A DNA stretch of 64,000 nucleotides from Porphyridium purpureum. Taxonomy: Eukaryota. The translations under genes and the position numbers were made by a program. Below, one piece after another: positions 63,760-64,000 of the stretch. The stretch is taken from assembly GCA_008690995.1 (NCBI GenBank), contig VRMN01000001.1, positions 2,418,001-2,482,000 of the forward strand, written 5' to 3'. Each line of letters opens with the position of its first letter. Within the stretch, counting starts at the first letter, position 1. The notes below the pieces were generated by a model that saw nothing but the letters and a program-made list of their open reading frames with translations, did not search any database and had not been told where the DNA came from.

Positions 63760-64000
63760 ATGGTGGCGTCTGCGGTATTCATTCTCGACTCGCGGGGCAA
63801 AGCCCTGATTTCGCGGAACTTCCGCGGGGACGTGCCGATGAACTGCGTGGGCGAGTTTCGGCGCGTGGCGATTGACGTGGCAGACGCGCACAGCGTCAAG
63901 CCACTGAATCGGATCGAGGAAAAGGGTTACACGTTTGTGCACATTCGGCAGGAGGACGTCTACTTGCTTGCTGTGACGCGGCGCAATGCAAATGCGGCAA
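63760..64000 (+). CDS. AP1M: Clathrin adaptor AP-1 mu subunit, N-terminal part (runs off window)
   Basis: Manual translation MVASAVFILDSRGKALISRNFRGDVPMNCVGEF...GYTFVHIRQEDVYLLAVTRRNANAA. Absent from the ORF track because there is no stop in the window. Confidence 0.9.
   Translation, partial: MVASAVFILDSRGKALISRNFRGDVPMNCVGEFRRVAIDVADAHSVKPLNRIEEKGYTFVHIRQEDVYLLAVTRRNANAA

Overview
Gene-dense, GC-rich, essentially intron-less eukaryotic nuclear DNA. Plastid-type transit peptides and cyanobacterial-type products suggest a unicellular red alga such as Porphyridium; that assignment is an inference. About 25 recognisable protein genes are present, including a MYST HAT, WDR5, a tandem GT92-like protein, a HAT/TPR protein, an Rv2258c-like methyltransferase, two divergent kinases, DONSON-like, zf-4CXXC, fibrillin, RsfS, SDF2, kinesin-5, a membrane-tethered bZIP, CBM48, ZupT, MsrB, R2R3-MYB, a C2H2 ZF, Rpr2 and the start of AP-1 mu, plus one tRNA-Arg(ACG). 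The most novel signal lies in two apparently gene-free stretches, each hiding three paralogous microprotein genes, most with a TATA box upstream. The first set (26.3-28.9 kb, + strand, 71-78 aa) shares a C-terminal GRPR...AA.RRR..[DE]HAP..R motif whose codons differ mostly synonymously. The second set (54.3-58.6 kb, - strand) shares MER....RTF.PR....[KR]E[HN]AP and includes one frameshifted copy. Other points of interest are an in-frame TAG splitting the C2H2 gene from an EAR-motif tail, CHR/E2F/MSA-like cell-cycle elements upstream of cell-cycle or chromatin genes, an intergenic-enriched GTACAGT motif, and a possible bZIP60-like 23-nt intron. No CRISPR array, rRNA or intact transposon was seen. 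All family assignments are from motif recognition by eye; no database searches were run.
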